NCBI GenBank assembly: GCA_973851085.1
Contig: OZ316775.1
Coordinates: forward strand, 20,584,001 to 20,648,000
Length of the DNA stretch: 64,000 nt
Origin: Ptychomitrium polyphyllum
Taxonomy: Eukaryota
Reading direction: 5' to 3'
Position numbers and translations under genes: made by a program. A model generated the notes under the pieces. The model saw only the letters and a list, made by a program, of their open reading frames with translations. It did no database searches and was not told the DNA's origin. Positions 36,158-48,400 of the stretch are shown piece after piece (the first letter of the stretch is position 1; the number at the start of each line of letters is the position of its first letter).

Positions 36158-38140
36158 GTCTGATGCTTACAAGCACGGCAACAGAAAAAGAAGAACAACA
36201 ACGAGAAGAGTATTCAACGGCTGCGGACGCTGCTGCACATCGCAGAAGTTGAGGGAATAGGGAGTCTGATAGGCACTGAGACGCGGTGATGATTTCCTTC
36301 TCCGCACATGCCTCATTGCATCTATAATCGGATCTTCTCATCCATTAACATCAGCGGAATGCCGGAGCTTGCTCATTTACAATTATAAGCCATTTAAGAA
36401 TTACCGGGTGCCTTACCAAACTGGAATCATATCGTAAGGGAGTTTGAGACTGAAGCAGGGTCTGAAATGACTGCCTGCAATATCGAAAGATTTAGCAAAT
36501 TTCGGATCGTATGAAACAAGAAGGTTAAAAGGTGATTTGTCAAAATGCATCTTATCCTGGGTGGTGGAGTCGGTGAAGTGACAAAATGGAGCTACGAAAG
36601 TAGGCTTGAGCGCGGAGAGAGTGATGCGTGATCCCGAGAGCACTGGTCCCATTTGTAGGTTCGCCGCATGGGCGTCCGAAACACCTGCTTCTCTGTAAGA
36701 GTTGTATATCATGTACTTGGAAATATCAAGTCCTTCCACAAGGACAAGCATGTAGCATTCAGGTGATAATGACGTGGAACCCAAGAAACGCCCGGTTGAT
36801 GTGACTTGGACAATGGACTTTATGAACCTGTGTGTGTTCCTTGATGACCAAAATTCCCTTGTACCCAAGAAGGATCAGAAGGAGACACGGTCAGAGACGG
36901 ATGAAGCGGTTGATCGGAACATGTCTGTGCTCACTGGTGATGTGAGAAACTTTCGTGGTCATAGCATCAGGACTCGAGCAGTTAAACTCTGGGAGAATAG
37001 CAGTAGAGTGCAGAGAGTGCAGACTGTGCAGTACAAAGAATCCAAAACGTAGAACAGCTCGTCAGCAAAAAAAATTATCATAATTCTAGAGGCCACCATG
37101 TCTTCCTGGGTTAACGGATTGCCAAATTGCCCTGATCCAAAGCACGAGAGTGCTAGAGAATAAGCAATTCAGTTGACTTGCTTTCGTCAGTCACCATGTA
37201 ACTTGTTCTCGTGTTAGAATGTTTAAAAGCCTAATTTGGAAAATGGAGGCAGTTCAGAAAATGGATGTCATAAATTACACTTGGTATCGTACATGTACCT
37301 AATTCTCGAATACCAGAAGAACCTAGATAAAGCAGCGGTGGGAGATTGTTAATTTCACAGCCAAAGTACATATACTAGAGTATTACTGGTTTGTGCCGAT
37401 GACAAAAGGAAAACTGATCCACCACGATAAGCTTGTATAAAGAACTTCATATTAAAATAACAATATGTCTCCATTCCCCTGTCTCAGGACCTTATTACCT
37501 TCCAAAAACAACCACAATCCACGGCATCGAATGATTCCAAACATCTACAACTACAAGCTTGCGCAGTCAGCTAGACCAAGCTCACATCATTGAACTCCTT
37601 AATCTATATATGAAATTTCAGCATCTCAAACACTTTAATACTTCAAAATAGACAATCAAAAAGCCACTTATAGAGTGTAAATCTACCCACTATGGCGATT
37701 GAAAATTTAATCCGGGAGGCCCAACCAGCCACGAGCAAGATTTCCAACAACCCAACCATCAACCAAACCACCCGCAAGTCCGCCTCGAAGTGACCAATCA
37801 AGTGAATCAAAATCCAATCAAAATAGCTACCAAAATCATTTAATTAATTGCCAAATGCGGCAAGACTATCGCCAGATTCTATGCGACGTCAACAATCAAC
37901 CTACTACCACTGTCCAATTTAACAGTGCGTAATCAAAAAATGTTTTCTATGCATACACTCCCAGTGACCAAGCTTTCAGACCCCTGACTGTATTGAAGCT
38001 AAAGTACTCAAAATCTGTACGACACTAAACTTTACACTCCTTATCACTCAGCTTCCCTCAAAAGCTGCCGAGATAAACGATCAAACTGCTTACAATGTCT
38101 GCTACAATTCTAAAAATACAACTTCTAAACAGTCAAACGC

Positions 38141-39037
38141 CTACATGGCGTTGTATTGGCACTCCGGCATCCCGTTCGGGTACCGCGCGGTGTCCGTACA
38201 GTAGTTGTACGCCACCAGCGTCGCGTTCTTCTTGATCCCCTCCATGTACTGGATCTGCTCCGCGGTCACTCCGGGCCCCGTCGCGTGCGCGTCCCCCTGG
38301 CACGTCGAGATCCCGTTCTGGTCCCCCGGGTTCACCTTGCACCCATTCAGCTCGAAGCTCCCGTACTCGCACTTCCACGGCGCCGCATCCGGGTTCAGCG
38401 GGATCGACCCGCCCTCCGTCGCCCACTGCCCGCCGTCCCAGATGCTCAGGTAGATCCCCATCGCCTTGTGGTCGCAGTACTTGAACCCGTCCACCGTCCC
38501 CACCAGGTTCTTGAATATCCGGATCGGCTCCCAGTTCACGTAGAACACCACCATGTCCTTGTGCCACTCGAAGCTGTAGTAGTGGTACGCCGTCGTCGGG
38601 TCGAAGTCCCCGGGCATGTAGATCTGCTGCTCGCGCCCGCCCACGCCGTCCACGAACACGTTCGTATGGATCTTCCGCGGCCGTCCCGCCTGGTGCCCCA
38701 GAAACTCGAAGTCGAACTCGCACTGGTTCGGGACCGGCGACGACATGTACAGCGTCGCCACAACCCCCGCCGCGTCGCCTCCCGGCAACTTTATCCACGC
38801 CCCGAAACTCCCGAACAACCAGCTATCCTTGGACCCGGCCCCGGCGGCACTCGCATCCTTCGCCAAGGTGAGCGTCACCCCGCTCCCGTCACTCGAGTAC
38901 TGCACACCCGGCGGCCCCTGCCACGAGCTGAACTGGTCGGACAGATTCGCCTGGCCCCCGACCACCACGCTCAGACACAGCAGCGCCACCACCATTGCCC
39001 CGAGGCCGCATTGCGAGCTGCCCCGGAACGACCCCAT
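38141..39037 (-). CDS. XTH: Xyloglucan endotransglucosylase/hydrolase-like GH16 protein, intronless, copy 1 (298 aa)
   Basis: Signal peptide; GDAAGVVATLYMSS, QCEFDFEFLG (ExDxE), HTNVFVDGVGGREQQ, FDPTTAYHYYS, SIWDGGQWATEGG, C-terminal YNYCTDTARYP...PEC (XET_C-like). Confidence 0.93.
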   Translation of the reverse strand: MGSFRGSSQCGLGAMVVALLCLSVVVGGQANLSDQFSSWQGPPGVQYSSDGSGVTLTLAKDASAAGAGSKDSWLFGSFGAWIKLPGGDAAGVVATLYMSSPVPNQCEFDFEFLGHQAGRPRKIHTNVFVDGVGGREQQIYMPGDFDPTTAYHYYSFEWHKDMVVFYVNWEPIRIFKNLVGTVDGFKYCDHKAMGIYLSIWDGGQWATEGGSIPLNPDAAPWKCEYGSFELNGCKVNPGDQNGISTCQGDAHATGPGVTAEQIQYMEGIKKNATLVAYNYCTDTARYPNGMPECQYNAM

Positions 39038-41199
39038 TGCAGGGACTCGAACACCGCGAGTGGACACAACTCGCTCCCTTGTTCCGCTCACTCCTGGTCA
39101 AATGAAGAGGTGCTAGCTGCTACGGACAGTTAGAACCAACTCCTGAGTCTGTATCCACTCGGTAGTGGAACCCACAATTCAAATCAGGACAGTACAGATT
39201 GATAATGAATCAGATCTGATTAAATCGGAGAACCTCAAAGTGTACTTCCAGCTGAAATACTAAGTTGAAAAAGGCGCAGTACTGACGGAGCCCCGGAATT
39301 GAACTATTTGGAGTGGCGTGCAACTGTATCACCTTCCTATCACTGCGCTGGGAAGCGCGATGTCTATGGAGGACAGTGGCTTGGCTAAGGTGATCCGAGT
39401 TGCCGAAGCAACTGTGAAGAGTGGACGGTGAGCAGTGAGCTCAAAGTGGACGGTATTTGAAGGGCGCATTGAACTAGGTGCAGTGCCAGTGGTGGGCAGG
39501 GCCGACGACGTTCAGCGGACTGTAGCTCACGCGGAGAAAACGTGCAGCTTTCGCGGGGCCCAGTAGCGCTGCTTTGTCTTCAGGTGGGGCAGCACAGCGA
39601 TTGCGTCGCTGAAGTTGCACGCCCATTCGCTGGGAGACACTCTTTTCTTGATGAGTTCCTCCTTCGACGGACTCTGGAGTTGCCTGGAAGTGCTGCTGCT
39701 TCGGCTTTGTTGCTGGGAAGAGCTCCTTTCCAAATGCATTCTTCCTATTTGATAATCTGATTTTCTCTCAACAAAGTGAAACAGGAGTCTACCCCCACCT
39801 TCCAGAGACTGTAGCGGATACAGAAAACGTCATATTCCATCCTCTCTAACTTGACAATGTTAAAGATGACGCACTCACACTAAATATTTAGTGGTCAAAT
39901 GATTGGGAGTTTGTAGTTTGACAAATGTGGTATTTAGAAGTCCCTTTCTAGTAGGGCCTTAAAGTAAAATAATTTTATTTCAACATGTAGGATTCATAGG
40001 ATAGTGGTAAGATGAGAACATTCTTGCTAATACAAGACTTGCAGATGTATTGTTAAATTTTGAGAATTTCTTGTATGTTATTCTATTGAAAAAAGAAACA
40101 CATTATTAATTTATAGGAAATAAACTTTTTATTGGACCATTTACACACAATTAAATTTGAATTATTTAAGTAAAGAATAAGTGGTTCTAAAAGAAAGACG
40201 AAATGGAATTATGAATATCCATATTGATTTTGATACATTCCACACTTAGATTTCAACTTTGGTTATCTTGATTTAATCAAAATGGCAGATTTTAGAAAAG
40301 TAAATAGTAAATCAAATGCAATTAAATAGATCTTTTAAACGTATTGAGCTAAATAAAATGTAGTAAAAGATAAATGAATTGATAGTTTTTAGAACTGCAA
40401 TTCTTTCCAATTTATATGCAAGTTGAATTTAATATTTTTAAGCGTATATAATAAATCATGAATTTATTATTGCATAAAAGACTGAAAATGTCATTGCCTA
40501 AATATGACTATTAAGTCCTATTTTAAATCATATTCTTTAGAAGTATAAAATAAGTAGAATATATGATGCAAATACCATATTCATTAAATTGGGGCATTTT
40601 AGACTCCCAATTTATAACATTTTAGACTTCCCAAGATTGAAGATGGAAGTTTCAAAATGTACATTTTCCCATTATAACAAATATTAGGTTTGCATCATTA
40701 AAACTTTTTTATAGAAGCTTATATTTCACAATGATAGAAACTCAAAGTGGCAAGCCTTTGATTTTATTTTCCTTCAATCATTCTCTTAAACAAAAGATAA
40801 CGTATTACATTTACCATTTTTTGAATAACAATAATATAATGGATGCAAGAATGTTCATTCAAATTTTGATTTAATGGAATTTGACATGTTTTAGTTGGTG
40901 ACATAGAACCTCCACACTTTAGCATCAAATCGTATTAAATCATGATAATAATATTAAAAAAAGGATTTTTGGAGGAAAAAAATCATGGAATGTCTTTAAA
41001 CTTTTTTTATTAGTTAGCATGTAAAGTCTTTGCATTATTGTGAACTTGTATGAAGAACAATCATCTATGCTTTTTCCAATATAAATGCCAAATAAACTAA
41101 TTCAACTTTCACAATCATTAGCACTCAAAGATTTGAAGCAAGATATATAAGAAAAAATTTTAACTGCCGAATTCAACCACATTTGGTCTTGCTTAGAAA

Positions 41200-42000
41200 T
41201 TCATAGGCTAGTCATTATTTAGATGCTTGAATCTTAGTCATCTTATTGGAAGTTGAAAGAGTCATTCTTAATTAATTCAAGATCTTATATTTTGAAGGTT
41301 GTTTTAAAGGACTTAATTAAGATCAAATCATAAGTTGGAACATTTCAACAATAGAAGTCTTGGTTGATGTTCATTGACATTATCAAAGAAATTAGATAAA
41401 CTTGTGGCTCAAAAGCATCAATCAAAATACATTGCTTCTTTTTTTTGACAAATTATTATTAATTTATAGAAATGTAACAATTTTGGAAGGCAAATTGCAC
41501 CAAGTAATCATCATAGAACTTGTTGTTGAAAAAAAAAAATGATGTTATAGACAAGCATCACACAAATAGTCCTTGAGAACCTTCCATTAGCTTTTAATAG
41601 GACGTGGTATCTTCTAATAACTTCTAATAGCTTCCAAGAACTTTTTGATGGCTTTTTATAGCTTCCATAATTTTCCACCTTCCTTGAAAAGCTTCTTAAG
41701 AAGGTTCCATACGCCTCTAGAATATTCTATAATCTTTTTTAGAAATATCTTTAAAAACATAGGTTTCATAGTACAAATTAGAAGCAAGATGTAGTATACT
41801 TGATTCTTACTAATAGAAGTTGTAAAGCAAATCCATAGTTTTTTCTAGATCTTACACCTATTCCTATTAAATAGTAGCTTTTTAAAAGCTAATTTTTTAA
41901 ACCACTTCTTATTTAATTTGCTATTTTTTTTTCCTAATAGTGTGCAAGAAATCACATACAAAAGATAATTATGCATTTTTATAATTGAATCAAATTCAAG
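41200..42000. mobile_element. Possible heavily decayed LTR-retrotransposon remnant
   Basis: Short repeated cttcta/cttcca/tctagaa motifs at about 41575-41750 resemble plant LTR sequence, within an AT-rich spacer. No paired LTR, PBS or intact ORF seen. Confidence 0.2.
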
Positions 42001-44504
42001 GATAAACCTAAATAAGACTATTAATACAAAAATGCAAAGCAATAGCATTTGAAAGTCAAGGTGCAAATAAGAATGACTTAATAAGTGTTCTAATACTAAA
42101 ATTATAGCCATAATCATTTTACTTTTTAATGTACAGATGATTCATAGCCTATAATGATCAAATTTTGTTTTTAATTAAATATGAAAATTGGTTTGGTATT
42201 TTTAAATTAACCATTGTAGACTACCAATTTCCATCCATGTTTTTTTTCATTCATTTTTCTAGTTATTCAAATGCTTTTAAGACAATTCCACATTGTCACC
42301 TATGTACTTGTCAATTTGCATCTGCAAATCAATTAGATCCATTCTTTTATCCAAATGATGAGTTCAAATCTCATTCCTAGACAACAAACAAAACGGTTAC
42401 TTTGTTTGTTCAAATAAATTATAGAACAATCTATTTAATATCAAATTTATTCAATGTTTGGATTGTTTGTACAATCTAAAAGTTTAATAACAAACAATCC
42501 ACCTCTTTATAGACTAATTGCATTTCAATATTTAACTTTTGGTGTATGGTATACATTTGGATGTTAAACAACCTTTAAGCTGGAAATACACTAGTTATTT
42601 AAATTTTTGAAGTATTATTGCCTCTCAAAATTTTGATGCAACAATTTGAGACTTCTATTTTTCAAATGTATACTATTACAAATCTCACAAGCCTTAAAGA
42701 TGGATAAAATGAATTTGATTCTTGAGGGTGTAATTTTACTTTTAACTTTTGTTTTGAGCACATTAAATTATTTTTGTTTCTAAACCATACATTAGCTTTA
42801 GTTTTAGATTTAACTTTCTTTACATTGATTATTGTAATTTTTACAAATTATATTAATTTTGAAATTGTCTTAGGAATTTGGAATTATAATTAAAAATTAC
42901 TCATAATATATGAAAATTTTTAAAGGGATTATGGTAGTGTAGAAATCCCCCATCTAATACTTTTATTTCTCAAATAATGTGATCAATAAAGTTTTATTAT
43001 GGTAATCAATAATCATCAAATCATTAAAAAATAAATTTATAAGATAAAATATTAATATTTTATGATAACTTGAGAGGTCTATATCATAATTAGTTTAGAG
43101 ATTATTGTAAATGCTCCCATTATTATTTAATCTCCTACAATGATTGCAACAATTGATATAGTGGGTTACAAGTATTTTTAATTTAAAAACTCAAAATCAA
43201 TTAAGGAGATTTCAATAAAGTAATTTGTGAAGAAGAACTTTTTCACCTTATTATTTTTAAGTATATTATTCATGAAAATGATAATTTTGAATTTTTTTGA
43301 AACAAGTATTAAAACAATTATTGTTTGAAAAAGTGATTAAGAGAGCTTTAGGCACCTAGGATGAATTAAGAATTGGCTTAGGAGAGTTTAACTTATTTTA
43401 AAGAAATCCAAAGTTCAAAACTCATCAATACAACCCAACATTTTAGAGAGTCATATTTGATTTATTACAAGATATGATGAACATGAATTTTAAAATATGT
43501 TTTATAAACCTTTCATCTTTAAAGAATACTTAACAAATAACTCTAATACAAGTCTAATCTTTTAGTCTATTCTTTTAAGAAGTATGTTGAAATAGAAATA
43601 TGTTAAATTGATCAATTCCCTTCATTCATACATCCATTCACTCAAAATCTTTGCAGGGTCTCTACCTAACTTCATGTTTAAACCTCCATGATTGGTAACG
43701 CGGTCAGTGAACGTTATTTGGGAATAATGTTATTAAAATCAACCCAGTTCTAAAGGATTTAGCTGAAACTCAAATCAAAAAATCATCTGTTTGATATGGC
43801 AAGTTTATTTCCTGTCAATCAACTCGCAAACGCAATGGCCCCTGAGATTCTTGTTCTATATGCCAGATACTGTACGATGAACTTCGCTAGTATCTGGTAT
43901 GCAATCTCTTGAACTATCCACCATAATACAACCTGAACGCCAGGTACAAACAACTACCGACCCTAGTAACCACCCAATACAGTAATAACCCAGCTCGTCC
44001 ACAAAAGTTCATAACAGCAAGGCACAAAGTACTCGAGTAAATAGTTTCTAGTCACCTTTAAAATAATGCCACCTTACAACCCAGTAATGAAGAGCAAGGT
44101 CAATACATTACGGGTGCTTATTAAAAACTCTCTACTCACTGCTCTCGCTACGAAGACAAGTGTAACAACCCCACGAACTGCTCGCGCCACAAATCTCACA
44201 AAAAGACTGTCTAGACCATGGAAGTTACAAAAAATCCAGATTCAAAACTGAATTTGGCAAGACCATTGCCACAAAAACACAACGTCAAAATTGACTACCA
44301 TAAGCACTATTCCATTTGACAGTGCGTAATCGTATAAAATTATCGCTTCCGTGTCTACCTCATCTCGAGACCAGTGATCAGTTCATCACTAATCTAAACT
44401 ACTATACAGTCCATAGCTTCTCCACCTCCAAAAGATCCTTACAATTACGCTGAATAAATGCAAACTAGCTATGTACTACAAAACTATTCATAAGAGATGA
44501 TTGC

Positions 44505-45401
44505 CTACATGGCGTTGTATTGGCACTCCGGCATCCCGTTCGGGTACCGCGCGGTGTCCGTACAGTAGTTGTACGCCACCAGCGTCGCGTTCTTCTTGAT
44601 CCCCTCCATGTACTGGATCTGCTCCGCGGTCACTCCGGGCCCCGTCGCGTGCGCGTCCCCCTGGCACGTCGAGATCCCGTTCTGGTCCCCCGGGTTCACC
44701 TTGCACCCATTCAGCTCGAAGCTCCCGTACTCGCACTTCCACGGCGCCGCATCCGGGTTCAGCGGGATCGACCCGCCCTCCGTCGCCCACTGCCCGCCGT
44801 CCCAGATGCTCAGGTAGATCCCCATCGCCTTGTGGTCGCAGTACTTGAACCCGTCCACCGTCCCCACCAGGTTCTTGAATATCCGGATCGGCTCCCAGTT
44901 CACGTAGAACACCACCATGTCCTTGTGCCACTCGAAGCTGTAGTAGTGGTACGCCGTCGTCGGGTCGAAGTCCCCGGGCATGTAGATCTGCTGCTCGCGC
45001 CCGCCCACGCCGTCCACGAACACGTTCGTATGGATCTTCCGCGGCCGTCCCGCCTGGTGCCCCAGAAACTCGAAGTCGAACTCGCACTGGTTCGGGACCG
45101 GCGACGACATGTACAGCGTCGCCACAACCCCCGCCGCGTCGCCTCCCGGCAACTTTATCCACGCCCCGAAACTCCCGAACAACCAGCTATCCTTGGACCC
45201 GGCCCCGGCGGCACTCGCATCCTTCGCCAAGGTGAGCGTCACCCCGCTCCCGTCACTCGAGTACTGCACACCCGGCGGCCCCTGCCACGAGCTGAACTGG
45301 TCGGACAGATTCGCCTGGCCCCCGACCACCACGCTCAGACACAGCAGCGCCACCACCATTGCCCCGAGGCCGCATTGCGAGCTGCCCCGGAACGACCCCA
45401 T
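44505..45401 (-). CDS. XTH: XTH-like GH16 protein, intronless, copy 2 (identical to copy 1)
   Basis: Same protein and, by eye, same nucleotide sequence as 38141-39037 at offset 6364. Confidence 0.93.
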   Translation of the reverse strand: MGSFRGSSQCGLGAMVVALLCLSVVVGGQANLSDQFSSWQGPPGVQYSSDGSGVTLTLAKDASAAGAGSKDSWLFGSFGAWIKLPGGDAAGVVATLYMSSPVPNQCEFDFEFLGHQAGRPRKIHTNVFVDGVGGREQQIYMPGDFDPTTAYHYYSFEWHKDMVVFYVNWEPIRIFKNLVGTVDGFKYCDHKAMGIYLSIWDGGQWATEGGSIPLNPDAAPWKCEYGSFELNGCKVNPGDQNGISTCQGDAHATGPGVTAEQIQYMEGIKKNATLVAYNYCTDTARYPNGMPECQYNAM

Positions 45402-48400
45402 TGCAGGGACTCGAACACCGCGAGTGGACACAACTCGCTCCCCTAATTTACCGAATGTTGTTCAATCCTGGTTTTTGTTTTGATATCGTATCCAGTAGTA
45501 ATGTGACGACAGTGAAAGAGAGAGAGTTGAAGTACTGATTGAATACTGTTTCGCAAGAGTAGCACGAGGTAGTTGAAGCTGTTGCACAGAGAATGCTCTA
45601 TTTGAAGAATCGATGTAGAGCTGACTGGTCTAGATGCCCAAGCATCTACAGACAGAATGCTCTGAAAGGGGAAAGGGGGTGGAGGAGGGTATTTGAGGTA
45701 ACACTGAGCAACTTCGAGGCACGTGAAGTTGGTGAGGCGTGAGCAGCGGCGTTCCGATTTGTAAGCGAAAGCCATGTAGGCTGCGTTCAACTTCGCCGGA
45801 AGTGGGGGACTTGCGTTTGTGGTCTTCGGAGTCCAGACTGCAGAAATTCTCGTGTGTGTTGCCACCTGTTGCAAGTCTCTTTTCGCTGGATTTCTGCAGG
45901 AAAAGTTGCTGCCTATTTTGTTCAACTTGAAGTGCCCATTTTTCAGCGGGAGTTGACGCTGTGATTGACAATTAAGTTGTCAAAGGTTGCCAGAACTTTG
46001 TAATTTTGACTACTCTCACTTTACAACAAAAGGAAATCGAAATAAGTTTTATTTATCAAAAGAGTCAAATCTTTACTGGAGTCACTTTGAGTTATTTGAT
46101 GATTTCTGAAAGTATAGATCGAGTGTCCTAGATTAATTACACCTAAGTTTTGATGTCAAAATTCAAGCATCTAGGTTTCTAAACATGAAAATAAAGGTTA
46201 AAATGTGGAAAAAATTTACCTTGCATTTTGCATTGTGCATTTGCATCCTTTCTAGAAATGAGAGCATTTAACAAATCTACGGATTACATTTTGTTGTGTC
46301 AAAATAAACATTTATCTTATTAACTTTATTTTTTAATTAATTTAATATTTTAAGTATCTAATATATTTCTAATGTATCTAATATTTTAATATTACATACA
46401 TAGCTTAAAATATAAAAGAAGATTGCATATCTTGTTAAAATCATATACATAGAAATATGTAGAACTTTGATCAAGATATGTTCATTGATATTAATATCAA
46501 TAGGCTTATTATAATTTAGGCAAAGATTTCAAATATACGTCAATTAATTTGTAGAATCTAAATTTCAAAATCAACAACTTTTATTAGATCATCAACTTCA
46601 AAAAGAAGTTTGAAGCACCTTTCTATAATGATTTTTTGTTTGATCAAATTTGAATTTCATCCTTTTGATTTTTGAGAATTAAACACAAAATTAAAAGGAA
46701 AAATATCTAAAGATGCAAAAGTTAAACTTGCATTACATTTTAGTTTCTATTGTAATGTTAAGTTGTTTTAAGTACTTTTTTATCATTATAAAAAGGTAGT
46801 GTATATGAACAATGTACTTCTTGAGTGCTACATGTTTGTACAAATTTAACATACTTTAACAATTAAAAATCAATCATTCAAATTTTATAAAATAACACGA
46901 AGCAGTTCACATTTCAATTTTGGTGAAAATGCATAGTTTTCTCAAAAGTATATTCCATTATACACTTATCTTTTTAAAAATTCTTATATTCATATAAAAT
47001 TTGGAATATTTGATGATGTTTTTCTAAACTTATGTTAAACACCTCATTGATTGAGGTTAGTATGTAGCAATCAATAAGTGATTGATAAAAACTTTTATGA
47101 TCCAATTTCTTTGGAATTCAATGACATACTCTATTCATCCATTTATACCAAGGTTAATTGAATTATAAGTTCTCAGTTCAACAATTTGAATTCCAAAATG
47201 AACTGTATGTTACTTTTTTAAAGTTAAAGAAATAGAAGTATGTTAAACTAGAATGTTCAAATTTTATGGTTTTATGCTATTGAAAAATTTGAGAATTTAC
47301 CAAGTTTAAATCATAACATTTCAAATCCACCTCAACAAGTGTCTACTCAAAATCTGTGAATGTTTTATATGTAATCAATTCTAGAAAGATATTTGAATTA
47401 CGTTCTGACTTTTATAATATTTAAAAAAAAAAAAAAAACATATTCTTCCTTTGAAATAACCTATCTAAGTCACAATGTCACATTACTGCAATTGCACGGA
47501 ATTGCCAAATCTGCTTTGTCACATGATCACCTCACAGCTGTTACCACGATATGTACACATTGAACGAGCAAGCAAGCAATCAAGTCATGAAGTGCACACA
47601 TTTTTGAGCTCGAGACAACCTCTTAGAAATAGCTGTAAGATTGAAAGCACCCACTGTAGCAGTTGTGCAAGCCAAGTCTCTTTGAAAGCGTCTAGTCCTT
47701 TACTTCAGAGGGGTTTCATGCCAATGATTAACCACTGAAGAAGCTTCTCTAGGGCCATTATATTGTGATGCCAGGTATTCTCCAGCTGTATAATTGCATT
47801 CCAGTTATTTTGTTCCAGGTAATGTCAAACACAATTTGGTCATTTCCATGAATGTTGTTCATTGAGATCACGTAAATCCACATGCACTCTACCACCCACA
47901 TAGTCCTTTGGCAAGAATGGCGTGGCTATAGGATAAGTATTGGCCTCTGTTGAAATGGGTCTGATTATGTCAGGGATGTTCTCTTGCACTGGTTTTTTCA
48001 ATGATGTTATCATTTATCAAAAAAATTTAAAAGAAAAATAACAATTTTGCATTATAATAACGCGTTAGAGCAACTCAACAAAAATCAAACACTGGCAGCC
48101 GCCAAGTTCGGGATTCAAGTAAGTCTAGCTCCACGATTCACGAAGAAAGAAGCAGCAAGTGTCACTCGGCATGTCTGTAGCAAACCTGCCCCAGGCACTA
48201 GCGCACTGCGTTCTTTCGCAAAATGATAGGTCTACCGAAGTAATGGGCACGAACAAAAGCATATCTCAGGGTGTAGTTGAACAGTGCACGTAGCACTGGT
48301 TTCGATGGTTGCAACGTCTACGAACGTCTTGGCCGGAGTTCCGAATACCTGAGTCCAGCCTTGGGGCTCGTGTCGAGGACTACCGGGGACTCGGCATACC

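Noticed and set aside
35718..36260. 180-aa + strand ORF
   Set aside because: Mirror of the minus-strand signal-peptide gene, which has the more convincing protein features.
36413..37052. 151-aa (-) and 92-aa (+) ORFs between the secreted-protein gene and XTH copy 1
   Set aside because: Non-ATG starts, overlapping on opposite strands, no recognisable motifs or splice structure.
38156..39133. 325-aa antisense ORF and 221-aa alternative-frame ORF over XTH copy 1 (likewise 44520-45446 and 44488-45162)
   Set aside because: Expected by-product of extreme third-position GC, which removes stop codons in other frames; the translations are Arg/Pro/Val-rich with no motifs.
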